Shown one piece after another: positions 1-12,278 of a stretch of DNA of 64,000 nucleotides. Origin of the DNA: Takakia lepidozioides (Eukaryota > Plantae > Bryophyta); the NCBI GenBank assembly GCA_030704615.1, contig CM060733.1:19406001-19470000 (forward strand), written 5' to 3'. A program made the position numbers and the translations under genes. The notes below the pieces were generated by a model. The model had not been told where the DNA came from and searched no databases. It saw nothing but the letters and a program-made list of their open reading frames with translations. How positions within the stretch are numbered: position 1 is the stretch's first letter; each line of letters starts with the position of its first letter.

Positions 1-3000
1 ACATCTCTCTTCCTTGGAATTCAGAGTCAGGAGAATCATTACATTCCACAATCTCAGGTGCCCGTCCATAGACTGGTTCTCGGGTTCCGAGACTGGTTGT
101 TTTCCCCAATGCCTGAAGGCGTCTAAGGCCATCCAAACCACCCCAAGCATTAAGCTCTGCTGCAATGGCAACATTGTTTGCAAGGGCAGAGATGACCTTC
201 ATCGCTGTGTTCATCTTGTCATTATCCTCGAATATACCACCCTGTATGAACTCCATAACTGTATCAACCACAATGGCATCTGACAGTGTTTTGGTCACTT
301 CTTCTCTGATGCGTAGCAGTGCCTTCAATTCACCAGCGGTTGTCTTCTTTGTCAATTTGCGACAGGTAACCAAATCAAGGACCTTCAAATTGGACAACCT
401 ACTAAGATCAGGTAGGTGTGTCAATTCTGAGCAATATTGACACACGAGCTCAAGCAGCTGTATAAGGTTGCCAACACCTTGTAGCTCATCAAGAGCAACG
501 TGTCTCAGGTGGAGTTTTTGTAGTGCGGTCAAACCACCCACTCCTGTGAGCTTCCTTAGGCATTGACAATCCAGAAAAAACAGTTCTTGCAAGTTTGACA
601 AGGACCTGCAGAGACCTGACACTTTCTTGACCTTGGGACACCCCTCAACCTGAATCTTCCGAAGGGAAGTCAACTGCTTCAATGTGGGAATTTCTGTGAG
701 ATGAGGGTGCTCACTAATTATCAGCTCGCGAAGCTTCGTGCACTTGTCAAGCTTTGGTGGCTGGGAAAGTTCAGAATTTTGGAGTTCCAAATATTCCAGC
801 GCTATCAACCACTGCATGTCTGGCCATGCCTTCAAGTTCTCGCATCTTCTCAACCGTAGCCAGGCAAGTTTCTCCAGACTCTTGAGACCATGAATTCTTT
901 CGAGCTGTTTGCAACAACTGATGTCCATGCTGCGTAAGCAGTGCATTCCTTTCAAATCCAGCGCCGTCAATGCAGAAAGATTTTCGAGCCTCAGCACTAC
1001 AAGATTGGAACACTTGTGCAGGTTTGCTTTTGACAAGCTCTGAAATGTCCCATCAATCAGAGCGATCCTTTCAACTTGCCAGCAATTTCCTACTGGGGAT
1101 TTTTGAAGCTCTCGAGGTACTTGGTCTGAGACACATTGGTGAAACAAACAGCGCCTTGATTGGAAATCTCCTTTGTTCGCTTCCGTTTGCGCAAGTTCAC
1201 GGTACAAGTCATGCACCCCTATTTTGTTAGAGGCGTGATCAGCCTGAACCTCCAAGAGAAAGCCAGCCCCATCATCCAGAAGTGTCTTCTTCATCAAGCC
1301 GTTCAACTGCGGCCCTCAAATACCAGGTTATAAAATGTTAAATAAAATCTAAGTAACTTATCATAGTGATGTGCTCAAGATTTTGGAATGAATTCACAAA
1401 ACCAGAGTAGAAGAAGTAGGCAGGCTACTAGTATTAGCTAATATGTGAACCTCAATCGAAGCTACTGCAGTGGCGGTGTGCTTGTGACCACCTCGAGAAT
1501 GAAGGCATGACTTGATTAAAACATGATCTAAGAACCCAGGTGACATTTTGCATGGAAGAACTTACATACTCCTTGATTTCCTCGAGAGGGGCTTCGTGTA
1601 CAAGGCTCAACCATTTGCATACATCCCCTTTTGTTTCAACGCCCAAAGGCTTATACAGAGCCACATCAAAAAAGATGAGCCGGTCCATATCTGTGGGCAG
1701 GGCATCGTACGCTGTTCGAATAATGGAGAAAGTTGGGTGATCCTTATATGGGGAGAGCTTGACATGAAAATTAGCGAGGCTTTCATTCCAGCTCGGCGAT
1801 CCAGGACTTGCGCTGCCTAGCTCAGCTCCAAGTTCTTTGAGAACCGATGGATGATATTGGGATCTCGGCCCCCTTCCAAAAGAACCGTAACCCACAGCCT
1901 TTTGTATACAGAGCTGCTCCTGAGGTGTGTAGAACGAGAGAGAACGGCCTTGGAGCAGTAAACCGATGGCATCCATCTCCTTAAGTTCGGGAACGGTTAT
2001 GCAACAGTTTTTGTCGATGCCAAGGCGATGTAGGACATCAACACTGCGTGAAGTCACCAACACCTTACTCCCATGACGGAACGAGACGGACAGATAAGCC
2101 TTTGCTTCTTCAATTGAGCTTTGGCTATCCTGAACATTGTCTATTGCCAAAAACAGCTTGTACCTGGGCATCCGTTCCTTCAGGAGATGCCGGCCCTGGA
2201 TAAACAGGGGTGATAAAAGTGAAGAATACTGTCGACATGTATGAGGCAATGGATCATAAATAAAAATGCTCAAGGACTTCAAGATCGTTCAAATCCTTAC
2301 TGCGCTAATTCTACATTTGAAAAAGAGTTGGCAGAAGAAGGAATATGTGATATGTAGCTGACGACGCATTGCTAGAATGAAGTACTAGAATTTTATGGAT
2401 TTAGAGTGGATTTCCCGTCCCACGTCTCGTTTCCAACCTTAATCCCCCCTTAATCCGCATGCAACTTTACAATTATGATGTCAACGCTTTGACGTGGAGC
2501 TGCTTCTTACACTTGCAAGCCCAGTATAGGAGATGACTAGCTTGTACAACTGTTCGTACCTGATCTGTATCTGTGACCTTTCTCAATAGTAACTCTTCAT
2601 TTGCCTCCGTAAGTTCTCTCAAGACTTTCTTTTGTAATTCGAGGGAGTTCTGGACACCAAGCTCTGCATAGCACACTTTGCCGTCGAAGTTTGATAATTG
2701 GTAGCTGCACAGACTCTTGCACAAGGTTGTCTTTCCCATCCCGCCCATGCCGTAGACACCTACTGTACATGCCCGTGCGTGCGTATCACAGCCACTCCTC
2801 TCTGGGGCTCGGTCTAACACCGAGAGTAAGGCCTGTCCATCACCAAAGTGCAAGTGCTGACCATTGTTCAAATGAGAAGGATATTCTTATATAGTACAAT
2901 GAAAGCGGGCTGAAAAATAGTGTTTCTCTTGGACTAGTTAGGCTCAAGTGCTCAATTTCCAAGTAGCCCATTCACCATAAAGGTCATGCATACCAAGCTC

Positions 3001-3765
3001 GTACCTTTGGACCCAGTTTCCTTTTCCAGTGTCAGGTCTTACCAAGTGCTTAGCCGCAGTTAGTCTACAGGTTAGAGCTGTACTCACCACACTGAACAGA
3101 AGACCCACGAAGGGTAGGACATAGATCTAGATAGTGCACCAATGGTATAGAGCCCCCAGGTACATTAGAGTACAAGTAATTAAAGTACCTGGCAAAGCCG
3201 ATCTCTTCCTTGAACGTGAGAATCATCCCATCTGAGATCTGGAGCCACTATCCTGCATATGGCTGACACAACGGCCTTCCTGTAGGCGACCTCACCTTGG
3301 TAAGCGCTCAACTCTATACCATTTATTCGATCCACCACTCTAAGGGCACTCTTCCACCTCCTGGTGTTGACCCTGCTGTCGAGCTTCGCCCATTCTTCCC
3401 ACTTTCTGTACCACCGTTCTCGATTCACGGCACATTTGAAATCTGTGGAAGAGATCTTGAAAAATAAAGGCATTATTTTGAGGTCGGATTCCGCCTGGGT
3501 AAATATATCTAGTTCCAGCATTGGCCATTTGCTTTTAGTAAAGAACTCCTCGGAGAATACTACCACTGCCACCCGGCACTGCTTCGCCGCCTGGAAGATT
3601 AGGTCTGGGAACTTCTCACCCTTCGGCAAGCTGTCGCAGCGCTTATCAAAAAAGGGGTTCAGCTGCACCCTTTCCAAGTTCTCACAAAGCTCTTCTACGA
3701 AATCCTTCTGAACCCCACTGTGGCTTAAGAAGATGGTATGCTTTGGCGACAAGTCTGGCGAGTCC
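1..3765 (-). CDS. TIR-NB-ARC-LRR (TNL-type NLR) gene, spliced, 3' end beyond the window; start codon not located
   Basis: GT-AG exons ~3765-3189 (TIR: IFLSHSG...FFDK...SKWPMLEL), ~2832-2560 (P-loop GMGGMGKTT), ~2195-1566 (kinase-2 LFLAIDNV, RNBS-B GSKVLVTSR) and 1306-1 (VHDLYRELA, then LRRs such as LSRLSNLKVLDLVTC). The last exon is open to position 1 and is absent from the ORF track because it has no stop in the window. A possible upstream micro-exon lies at ~4099-4170. Confidence 0.9.
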
Positions 3766-6700
3766 CTGCAAATTGTAATGAAAATGATTCAGCGGATACA
3801 ACGGATTCAATGGTATACTGAGTTCACACGAATTAGGTGTGCACCATTCTACCTCGCTTGTATGACACTTGTTAACGTGTTAATATGTTATACACTTTCA
3901 GAGAAATCTGACAGTTTCTGCAGCCTGTCAAGCCCCTCTCGAGAATCCAATAATATCAGATCCCTGTAGTTAATCTGTCCAGCTCTAGTGCGTTATATAT
4001 AGTCCCGAAAAATGCTAAGTATTTCAACCTCTAGCTCGTGAAATAGGCAAGTATGGACCTCTGAATGTTCAAGGAATTGCATGAAGTCCTGAACTCACTC
4101 TGGGGCGATCGGATTCTCATCATCAGTGAGAAGACCAGTCGATTCGCTTTCGACCTCGGGAGTGATTACCTGCAATAAATCAGAGGTTTTGAGCATGTAC
4201 ATGTGTAGTCTATCTGCCAATTTTGAGCTTATAATCCACGACGTCACGTAGCAAAAAAGCGCAGCCTAACCTTGCAGCACGAATTGAGCTTCCAGAAACC
4301 TTTCTAGATCTATAATGTGATCTCAAGATCCCCTAGAGAGTCTATACAAACAGCCAGAACGGTGGCTCGAGAATTAGAAAAATAGCTAAAGTTACCTTCA
4401 TGAGCGTATATTCCTCGCCATTCACAATTTAAATTTTGTTCGAACTATATAGTGATCTACTGGTGCAGGACTGAGCACCTTTGAGCTGAAACGTGAGATA
4501 ACAATTACTGACCTACCACAGCTTGGTTGGGCTAATTACCTCTCTGGTAGAGAGAGATACTTCAAAAATTTGTCAGCACATTTGACCAGAATTTCCGAAT
4601 TTAGCACCAACAAACTACCGTCTCCGGAGTTGGCTTGCAATCAGAAACAGATCTACAGCTGCTACAGAGGCCTGGGGATTTCATCGCATATAAGTCTGAC
4701 CTCACTCGGAACATACATGTACATAGCGACTCGTCAGTTCCTTTAGCAGGTCTGGCGCCGCGCTACATGAGCTATGTTTGGACATCAAGTGCATGAGTAT
4801 AAGATTCTTGAAAATCACAAACTGTCAATAACTTACATTAGTCTGTATACTCACTGTATATGAGCTGTGCCAACAGATTTTGATCGCAAAGCAGAACAAT
4901 CCGTATACATTGGTGCAGAAATAGCACACTGCTTGGATACAAATTATGTTGAAATAGTTCATTGTGCGACCCGGCCTGAAAGGTATCCCCATGACACTGG
5001 ACAGATTTCAGGTCGCCTAAATTGCCCCAGGAAAACCTGCCAAACCGACAACCAGGCCAACCAACTTGGTCAAATACTGCAAGAAAACAGTTTGTGATGA
5101 AAAACAGCCAGGGCCATGCTGAACCCCGTTTCGGTTACTTTTATTCATGACTTAGCCGGACCGAGCACGAAATTTGGGCCGTGCTACCCAGTAGGAGTCT
5201 TCCATGGTCTTGATGCAGTCTATTTACTAGACCTGTAGTGAGTTTAGATCCTGCAATGAATCGAAATTCCTTCTCGAGAACACATCAAATAGATCCTTAA
5301 ATTCCAAGATCAGGCAGAGCTCCATATATGTAGGGTCTCTCTCTCAGCTATATCTGACAGCAATCTTCTGGCAATTCTCTGGTCTCATTGGAAGATCCTT
5401 TTAAGAATTGAAGAGGAGAGTCACGATTACAAACCGAAATTAACCCTTCGAAGTTGATCGCAGATCAATATGAGATGCTGCAGAGGAGCTCTGTTTATTC
5501 ACGTCCATCCTTTAAGTCTCCATGTGCTTCAACAACTTTTTCGGAGAGGCAACGGTTTGGTTTCTCATACATCCACGAGGCCGATCAGTGATTGTGTGGA
5601 AAGTGGCAGCCTCGCTTCGTGGCCACTAGTTAGCGAGTCGTTATCTAGGTACAGGAGCAGAGCCGGCTAATTTGAAACGAAGACACTTCCTAGAAAGAGA
5701 TTTAAGCCTGGGTCGAATCTTGGCCGAAGGAGATATGTGCCTTAAACATATGCTCGAAATATATGTGCAGCTTTCTGCATCTCTTTGCCTCGACAATCAG
5801 ACATTGGTCAGCTTCCATCTAGATTGAGTACTACAGGAGATCTGGATACACCAAGCGATCAATCTCTCTTTCCTCTGATCTCCCAAGGAATGGGGGGTGC
5901 CAAGAGAGGCCTAAGTGAGAAACGAACTCGCCCAGGAGTAGGAGTGATTGCAAAAGCTCGCTTGCACGAGCTGCCATGGCGCGCTGTGCATGGGTGCGGT
6001 GAACACTGGACGACGGCCAGATTAGCAACGGCATTAAAACACCCGCTCGTTAACGCCGACAGGAAATATGTGGCCAGGTAAGTGGATATGCGGATACATG
6101 TGACCCTCTGTTAACGCAAATACAGACAGGTGGTTGTTTCCGTTATCTGCGAGGACACAACGGGGTACCAAAAGTTCTACAAAACAGAACACTCCTATTC
6201 ATACATACTTTGAGTGAAGCTTCAATGGAGCTTCCATTAAGTAAGCTCCTTCCCTCTTTGCGGGGCCCTTGCAAGTATATTAAGCAATACACCAAATCTA
6301 CGCCGAAATTTTCCAAGTTTGTTGACAACGGATTCACGAAGAGGTCACGAAGCAGTCCAGCTTTTGTCACGTAGGAAAGACTTGGGCATCTGCAAACTGG
6401 ATATGCTGGCATATTACTGCAGCCCCGGGTCAACATATTCCCAGAGCCAAGGACCACAGCCAAGGACCACAATCCCTGTGGGTACAACTACAATACAGTG
6501 CAAACACCACGCCCATTTTGGTGCCGCGACCATCAACCCGCCTTATTTGTGGCAGTATTGGAGCAAGACTGTGAGTGAGCTTTGGACCTGCGCAGGCGTG
6601 GCACCCAAGTTGTAAGTTATATCCAGGAATCTGACTCAAAATCTTTGTTGATGTCAGTGCACGTGTGGTCCAATATGAGAGGAAATCCACGTTGATCCAA

Positions 6701-7624
6701 GCTGACCGATGCCGGCTGTCCGGACAGCACAGTGCTAGTGGTGGGTGTTCAATTTTCAATTACCCAATGTTTCTCTATATTGCAAATTGTTTTTTCTTAC
6801 ATCCTTGCCAGTTCTATATTCTCTGGTACTTTCGGTATAGACTCTATGTAGCCTACCCCAACTCATTTGGTCAGTTTCGGAAGGGCAGTGGGAACAGCCC
6901 ATAGCGTGGGGCCGCGGGAGGCTTGGAGAGGAACCAAGTGGGTTGAGTGGATGTGGACACCTGTACTATTACGTGGTTGGAGTGGCCAATGGGCTTGCAG
7001 GTAAGGTTGCATGCAACAGGTTTTTTTTTATAGGGCATGGGATGAGGCGGTGGGCCCTCATGCTTCTAGAGCTTTCCAGAAGCAGGATGAGGCGGTGGCC
7101 CCTTGTAGAAGGCTCCACCACCGCCTGGAGAGACTATATAAGGAGGGTAAGGGGTATACAATTTATTTGGTTTCTTCCAGCTTTGGTTGGCTTTGTAAGC
7201 ATGGCCCCCTTAGAAAATAAAAATTTGGAACTTAACAATCATCTAATTAAAAAATCTCTTACATAGCAACAACACTATCAAAGCTCTCAAACTCACTGGA
7301 ACTCTTAGACTCACAGAGCGTCGTAATGGAATATAACGGACTCCATTGCAAATGTAATTTTGGGCAAAAAAATCATGATAGTCATAATACACATCTTGTA
7401 ACATAATAAAAATATATCACTGGCCACTCCGCATGAAATCCCCTGTATAACATAGTTTAAGACCATCAACCCTCCTCTTTGTGCCCAACCCCTGTCGGCA
7501 AGGACACAAACAATAATACAATATTGAAATAACAACCAGATAACATTATCTTAGCAATGAAATAAGTAGAGAACTTAGCAATGGAATGAACCAGATAACT
7601 TAGCTGGCAATATCGAATACGGAG

Positions 7625-7752
7625 CCTCCCTCCTGCTGGTCGTCGCCAGCCCCTACCGCCACCTCCGTCCTCCTCCTGGTCCTAGTTGCCGCCAGCCCCT
7701 ACCACCACCTCCCTCCTCGTATTGGTCTTTGCTGCAGCCAGCCTCTACCGCC
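7625..7752. repeat. Degenerate tandem repeat, about 3 copies of ~45 bp, C-rich
   Basis: Recurring cctccctcct...ggtc...gccagcc(c)ctacc(g/a)cc units. Confidence 0.6.
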
Positions 7753-8153
7753 AAACCCCATAGCAAGCCTCCCTCTTAGGCGGGGGTTGGTAGGACGTGA
7801 GCATAGGGTGAGCAGAGCTCACATTAGCACAAACCCACGGTCATGGGGGTTTTATGTTTTTAAACAAAACGGAATTAAACCATTGGTGGATATAGAGACA
7901 CCGTGCATTTATAGGGTTTCTATGCCTATTTCTGTCCCTAACCCAAAACCCTAATGCGGAATAGGCACCCATAATATATATCTACAAGCTCCAAGTTCCA
8001 CATATCTACAGTTTTGGTATCCTACAAAAGAATAACACATTAGGGAAAAACAAAGTCACAATAACCAACACCATCCAAAACACACAAATACCAAACAATA
8101 GTTGAACAATTTAATATAATGAGGCAAACAACGGGTTGCGTTAACGAAAAAAG

Positions 8154-8232
8154 TTTCACCAACGAGATAATGGGTTTTGCCAGCGAAATATTAGATTTCG
8201 CCGGCAAAATATTGGGTTTCGTCAGTGAAATT
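8154..8232. repeat. ~21-bp tandem repeat (about 4 copies) with palindromic core TTTCGCCxGCGAAA; probable TE subterminal array
   Basis: tttcaccaacgagataatggg / ttttgccagcgaaatattaga / tttcgccggcaaaatattggg / tttcgtcagtgaaat. Confidence 0.6.
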
Positions 8233-8641
8233 TCCAGGTATCGTTGCGTAGGTCATTATCCTATGGTTTCATGGGCGAAACAAAATGTGTTGTGTTTGGT
8301 TTTGCATATAAGAGACGACGTGAGATTGCTCTATTTCGCTAATGAATTGTTATGTGCTTGTGCGTACAGAAAAATAAACCACAAAAATAGGGTGCCCGTC
8401 CATATTCATGACTCATTTTGTGCCTATTTCTCTCGTGTCTATTTCTCTTCGTGTGGTTTGTGCTCATGTAAGCACAAGTCTGCTCGTGAGCACAAATTGC
8501 ACATTTTAGTTTCGCTATTGCATCTTTGCATGCAATGTATTCAAAAGTTTTACAAGTCAATGACGTTGTCAGAAGAAATGCATTTAATCCATTTCTTTCC
8601 ATAGTTTCATTGATTTCGGTTGCGGTTTAAGATTTATAATG

Positions 8642-8694
8642 TAGGGTTTGGGTTTGGGTTTAGGGTTTAGGATTAGGTTTGGGATTTAGGGTTT
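8642..8694 (+). repeat. Degenerate interstitial telomere-like (TTTAGGG) array
   Basis: tagggtttgggtttgggtttagggtttaggattaggtttgggatttagggtttg; a complementary ccctaacccaaaaccctaa lies at 7936-7954. Confidence 0.7.
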
Positions 8695-8795
8695 GTAATA
8701 GACATATTTCCGCGGTAATGGGTATTCGACCGCGGTAATAGGCCCTACATCTTCAACCAGCTGGGCTGTGTTCACAGGCTCACAGGCTCACGGGG

Positions 8796-11430
8796 CTAGG
8801 CGCACGGTCTAGCACTCCCCGGTGGAGGAAGCGGGGTAACAATCATTGCAGTATGTAAATTTGATGAAGTGAATGGTAAGATTAGGGGATGGAGTAGTGG
8901 GCGGGGGGGGGGGTCGATGGGTAAACCATGGACAAGCAAGATGTCAGGGCACAGTCTAGAGGGGCACGTGCAGGGTGAGCATGGGCTAACGCATGGTAGT
9001 AGCCATGGCTGGAAAGTATGGCTTGGGGGTCTACCATGGTAGGTGTCGGCATTAATAAGTGAGAACCATCGAGTTTTGGGGTGGTTCATGAGAAGTTTAT
9101 GACTGTGCCAGACGACATGGTTGTGACGAGTAATATGAAGGCCGTGGATGACATGGTAGGTACACTGGCTGAGAAGGTGGGACCAGGTATCACGTACCTA
9201 ATAGGTATATGTGAGCAAAGTGGGCAATGGGGGATCATGAAAATAGGCGTGGCAAGAAAATGTGTTTGCATTGGTGGCCCATATTTTGGGCGTATCTAAA
9301 TTTGAGTGTTTGTCTTATTTGTATGTACTTTGGTATGGCTTATAGAGGCATCGGTTTGTTTGTTAGCTTCACGGGTGAGGATGGTTAGTAAATTACGTAT
9401 TGGCCGGGGTTCAGGTGGACCTGGTACTGGGTGTATTAGCCAGAATATGTGGGTATGTGCGAATCTGAATGGGGTCGTCCGTGGGATCTTATGGGGGTTG
9501 GAAGCGCCTTCCGGAGCAAGGAGGTTGGCTGCTTGAATGGCTATGATGAGGTTACGGTCCCGGTGGTGATGGTAGGAAGAGGGTTGAGAGATGTGGTTTC
9601 AGATAAGAAAAAGCGAGGTAAGGCTGTCTGTGAAAATATAGTGGGGGAGAGAGAATGCTGTAAGGTAGGAAAGTGTTTCAAAAATAGCCATGAGCTTTGC
9701 ACGAAGTATGGTGGCAGGCCAAGGGAAGTCACTTCCATTTTTGTCCAAATGGCGTGCGAAAAAATATAGGGTAACATATATTTTTTGAAGATAAAATTTA
9801 CAATATTTTTAGAAATAAAATTGGGTGTGGATACCGGATTTAAATAAAAATATGGTTATGAATATATGCTCCAATTATATATATATTTGAATTAATATAG
9901 GGGTGCCACAATGGCGAGGACATATGTTGTTCATTCTCATATGGTATGTTTGTATTGAGACTTCATAAATGACTAGTTGGACCTAGATGACGGGATTTGA
10001 ACTCGGCTTGGATGAGAACACTTGATTTAGGGAGGATACGTTTTGGTTTAGGGTTACTTGATTTTCTTCTCACTTTGTCTTCTTCTCCGACTCAAGAGTT
10101 CTGCTACGGTAGTTATTGACCTCATTGTGTTGCTGGAAGCTTCGGTTTATTCATTTGATGTGAGGTACCTCGCTCTCTCACCTAACAAATATTTTTTCAC
10201 TACACTCAAAATATACAACAACGTTTGATAGATGCATTAGAGCATTAAGCAATAAAATATTTGGCACTCTCAGAAAATTTTGTTTTATTTTTATGTTACT
10301 ATAGGGTGTCAAATATTTGATGATTACAATAAAAAATAGTCTGCTAGATAATTGTGTATATTACAAAATTAAATAATTATAGGGTGGATGAAAAAAGGAA
10401 AAAAAAAATAATACCCCCATAGAAAATACCTCTTTATTGCAACGTGATTCCCTAAAGTATATAGGGAGTGACTTCCCCGAGGTGGCAGGCCCGAGGAGTC
10501 TAATATTGGAAGTTTCTTGGTTAATATTGGAATGGTAAACACCATAGCTAGCTCTAGATCCGGTGAGGGAGCCATCAGTATAATGTGAGTGAGACATGGG
10601 GTATTTGAGGGGCATAATCTAGTAGTGGCATAGCAGGGGGGACACGGGGTTCGGGTACTATTGGGGAGGGGGAGGGGGGGGGTAGCGCCCTTATAACCCA
10701 AGCCTTCCCTGGGTTAACCTTGGGGAATGGGCCAGGTGTATGGCTATGGGAAATAGTATATGAGGATAAATGGTGGCCTTCATGTCATGTGAACGTACAA
10801 GTAGTTGGTCGAGATGGGCAGGGAAGGTTGATGGTATGGAGATAGGGGAGATGTGTTGAACATTTAATAACAGGGTTAGGGTTGGTTCTACGTGATGTAG
10901 GTATTTGGGAAAGGGGGGCGTGTTTGTAGTGGAGCTAGTTTAGTTCGATGGTGGCCAAGAGTGTGACTCCTATAGGAAGTTGTAACTAGTAGGGGGTGGG
11001 GGTTGTCTAGACTCTAGAGACATTTGTTGTGTGAGTATGAGGATTGCAGTGAGGGCAGAGGGACTAGAGGAGTGGGCAGCAGTACGTGCCCATTGAAGGG
11101 CTTCTTGAGTGGGGGTCTAGGTGGCGGGCATTACCCTTGTTGGCCCACTTATGCTGGGTGGTAAGACCAGTGGCTCAGAAGATGCAGTCTCTAAGGTACG
11201 GGCTGGATATGATGATAGCTCTGTAGGGCATGTGAGTGGACTAGAGTAATAAGAGTGAGTGAGTTAGAATGAGGTAATGAGTAATGTGAGAATTTTCGAA
11301 GGGATGGTATTTTGAGCGTATTCCAATGTCTGTTTATGGGCACGTGGTGGGAGGGGAGGGTATCTCTGAGGTATCTGTCTAAGAGCCAGCAGATTTCTTT
11401 AGCAAAATATTGTATGGGTGGATGCATCTG
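8796..11430 (-). mobile_element. Degenerate non-LTR retrotransposon 3' part: RNase H + CCHC knuckle + restriction-like endonuclease (Dualen/RandI-like)
   Basis: Read across frameshifts: YTDGS...GPATILRA(K)LMAI...IFTDSLTSL (RNase H), then CPLC...DTWSHLLSQC...HITRHNHVV, then PDILLV...TIHFI(K)FTYCND (RLE). Interrupted by an insertion at 9721-10480. Confidence 0.75.
9721..10480. mobile_element. Non-autonomous Mutator-like element (MITE), 760 bp
   Basis: Direct repeat ggtggcaggcc at 9710-9720 and 10481-10491 (TSD of 9-11 bp); imperfect TIRs gggaagtcacttcc / gggagtgacttcccc; AT-rich interior; removing it restores the RNase H frame. Confidence 0.85.
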
Positions 11431-11744
11431 AATTGTGTGTGAGTTTGAGGCAGAGAAAGGGGAAGTAACTATGATGAGGGTTGTCTATAGGTATAAGCTT
11501 ACAAGTTTATCTCTTATAGATGACACATTGAAGATGTGAAGCAGAGGGGAAATCCTTGATCGTCAGCCATCGTGGATATTGTGGATTATAGATAAGACTC
11601 AAGAGTTTGTAATTTGTAATTTGCACATTCAATTCACATATTTCCTCCATATTTCCTTGTTTGTATGTGCTCATCTTCGTGTTGGTGAAGTTGGGGCCTG
11701 GGGATAATATGAGTCTGTACTTCCTTGCAGCAAAGAAAGCCTAC

Positions 11745-12154
11745 ATCGTCAATGATCGTGGTTTTGGCCTCAGCATATATGTTGCGCTCATGAATCTCCC
11801 GATCACTAAGTGGTGCAAAAGCGGCAGCGTTGTCATTATGATTCTTTTAGGTCAACTCGTGGAGGGGGGGACAGTCCTTAGTACTATCCACACTTTGGAA
11901 AATGTGTAGGACTCCAGTTTCGTAAAATATCCGCTGTAAACATTGTATGTTGAATCTCAGGGTAGGGAGACTCTCATTTTTTTCATTATCAGTGCACACA
12001 AATATAAACAAAACAAACACCACAGAAGGTAATGCTACCATGATCGTGGGTTTCCAGCACTTGCAAATACTGTTGGCCTAAGTTTATATATATATTTATA
12101 TATCTATTCTTATTGCCTTAGCTTCATGAGGCCAAATCCACGATCGTTGACGAT
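11745..12154. mobile_element. Putative MITE with 28-bp imperfect inverted repeats
   Basis: atcgtcaatgatcgtggttttggcctca (11745-11772) versus tgaggccaaatccacgatcgttgacgat (12127-12154); a related motif occurs near 11559. No TSD seen. Confidence 0.5.
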
Positions 12155-12278
12155 TGAGGCAAATGGACGTATATAAGGCCAAAAAGAAAAAGATAAAAAC
12201 TTGTAAACACCAAAAACCATAGCCAGAAAAATGTCTGATATACTTGTGTGTACATGGATTTATACTCTCGATGGATGA

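Noticed and set aside
4500-5600. Additional upstream coding exons or an N-terminal domain of the NLR
   Set aside because: Splice-like signals are present but I found no convincing frame or recognisable motif; may be 5' UTR.
6143-6904. Cys-rich short ORFs suggesting a zinc-binding protein
   Set aside because: No recognisable family motif; probably a decayed TE.
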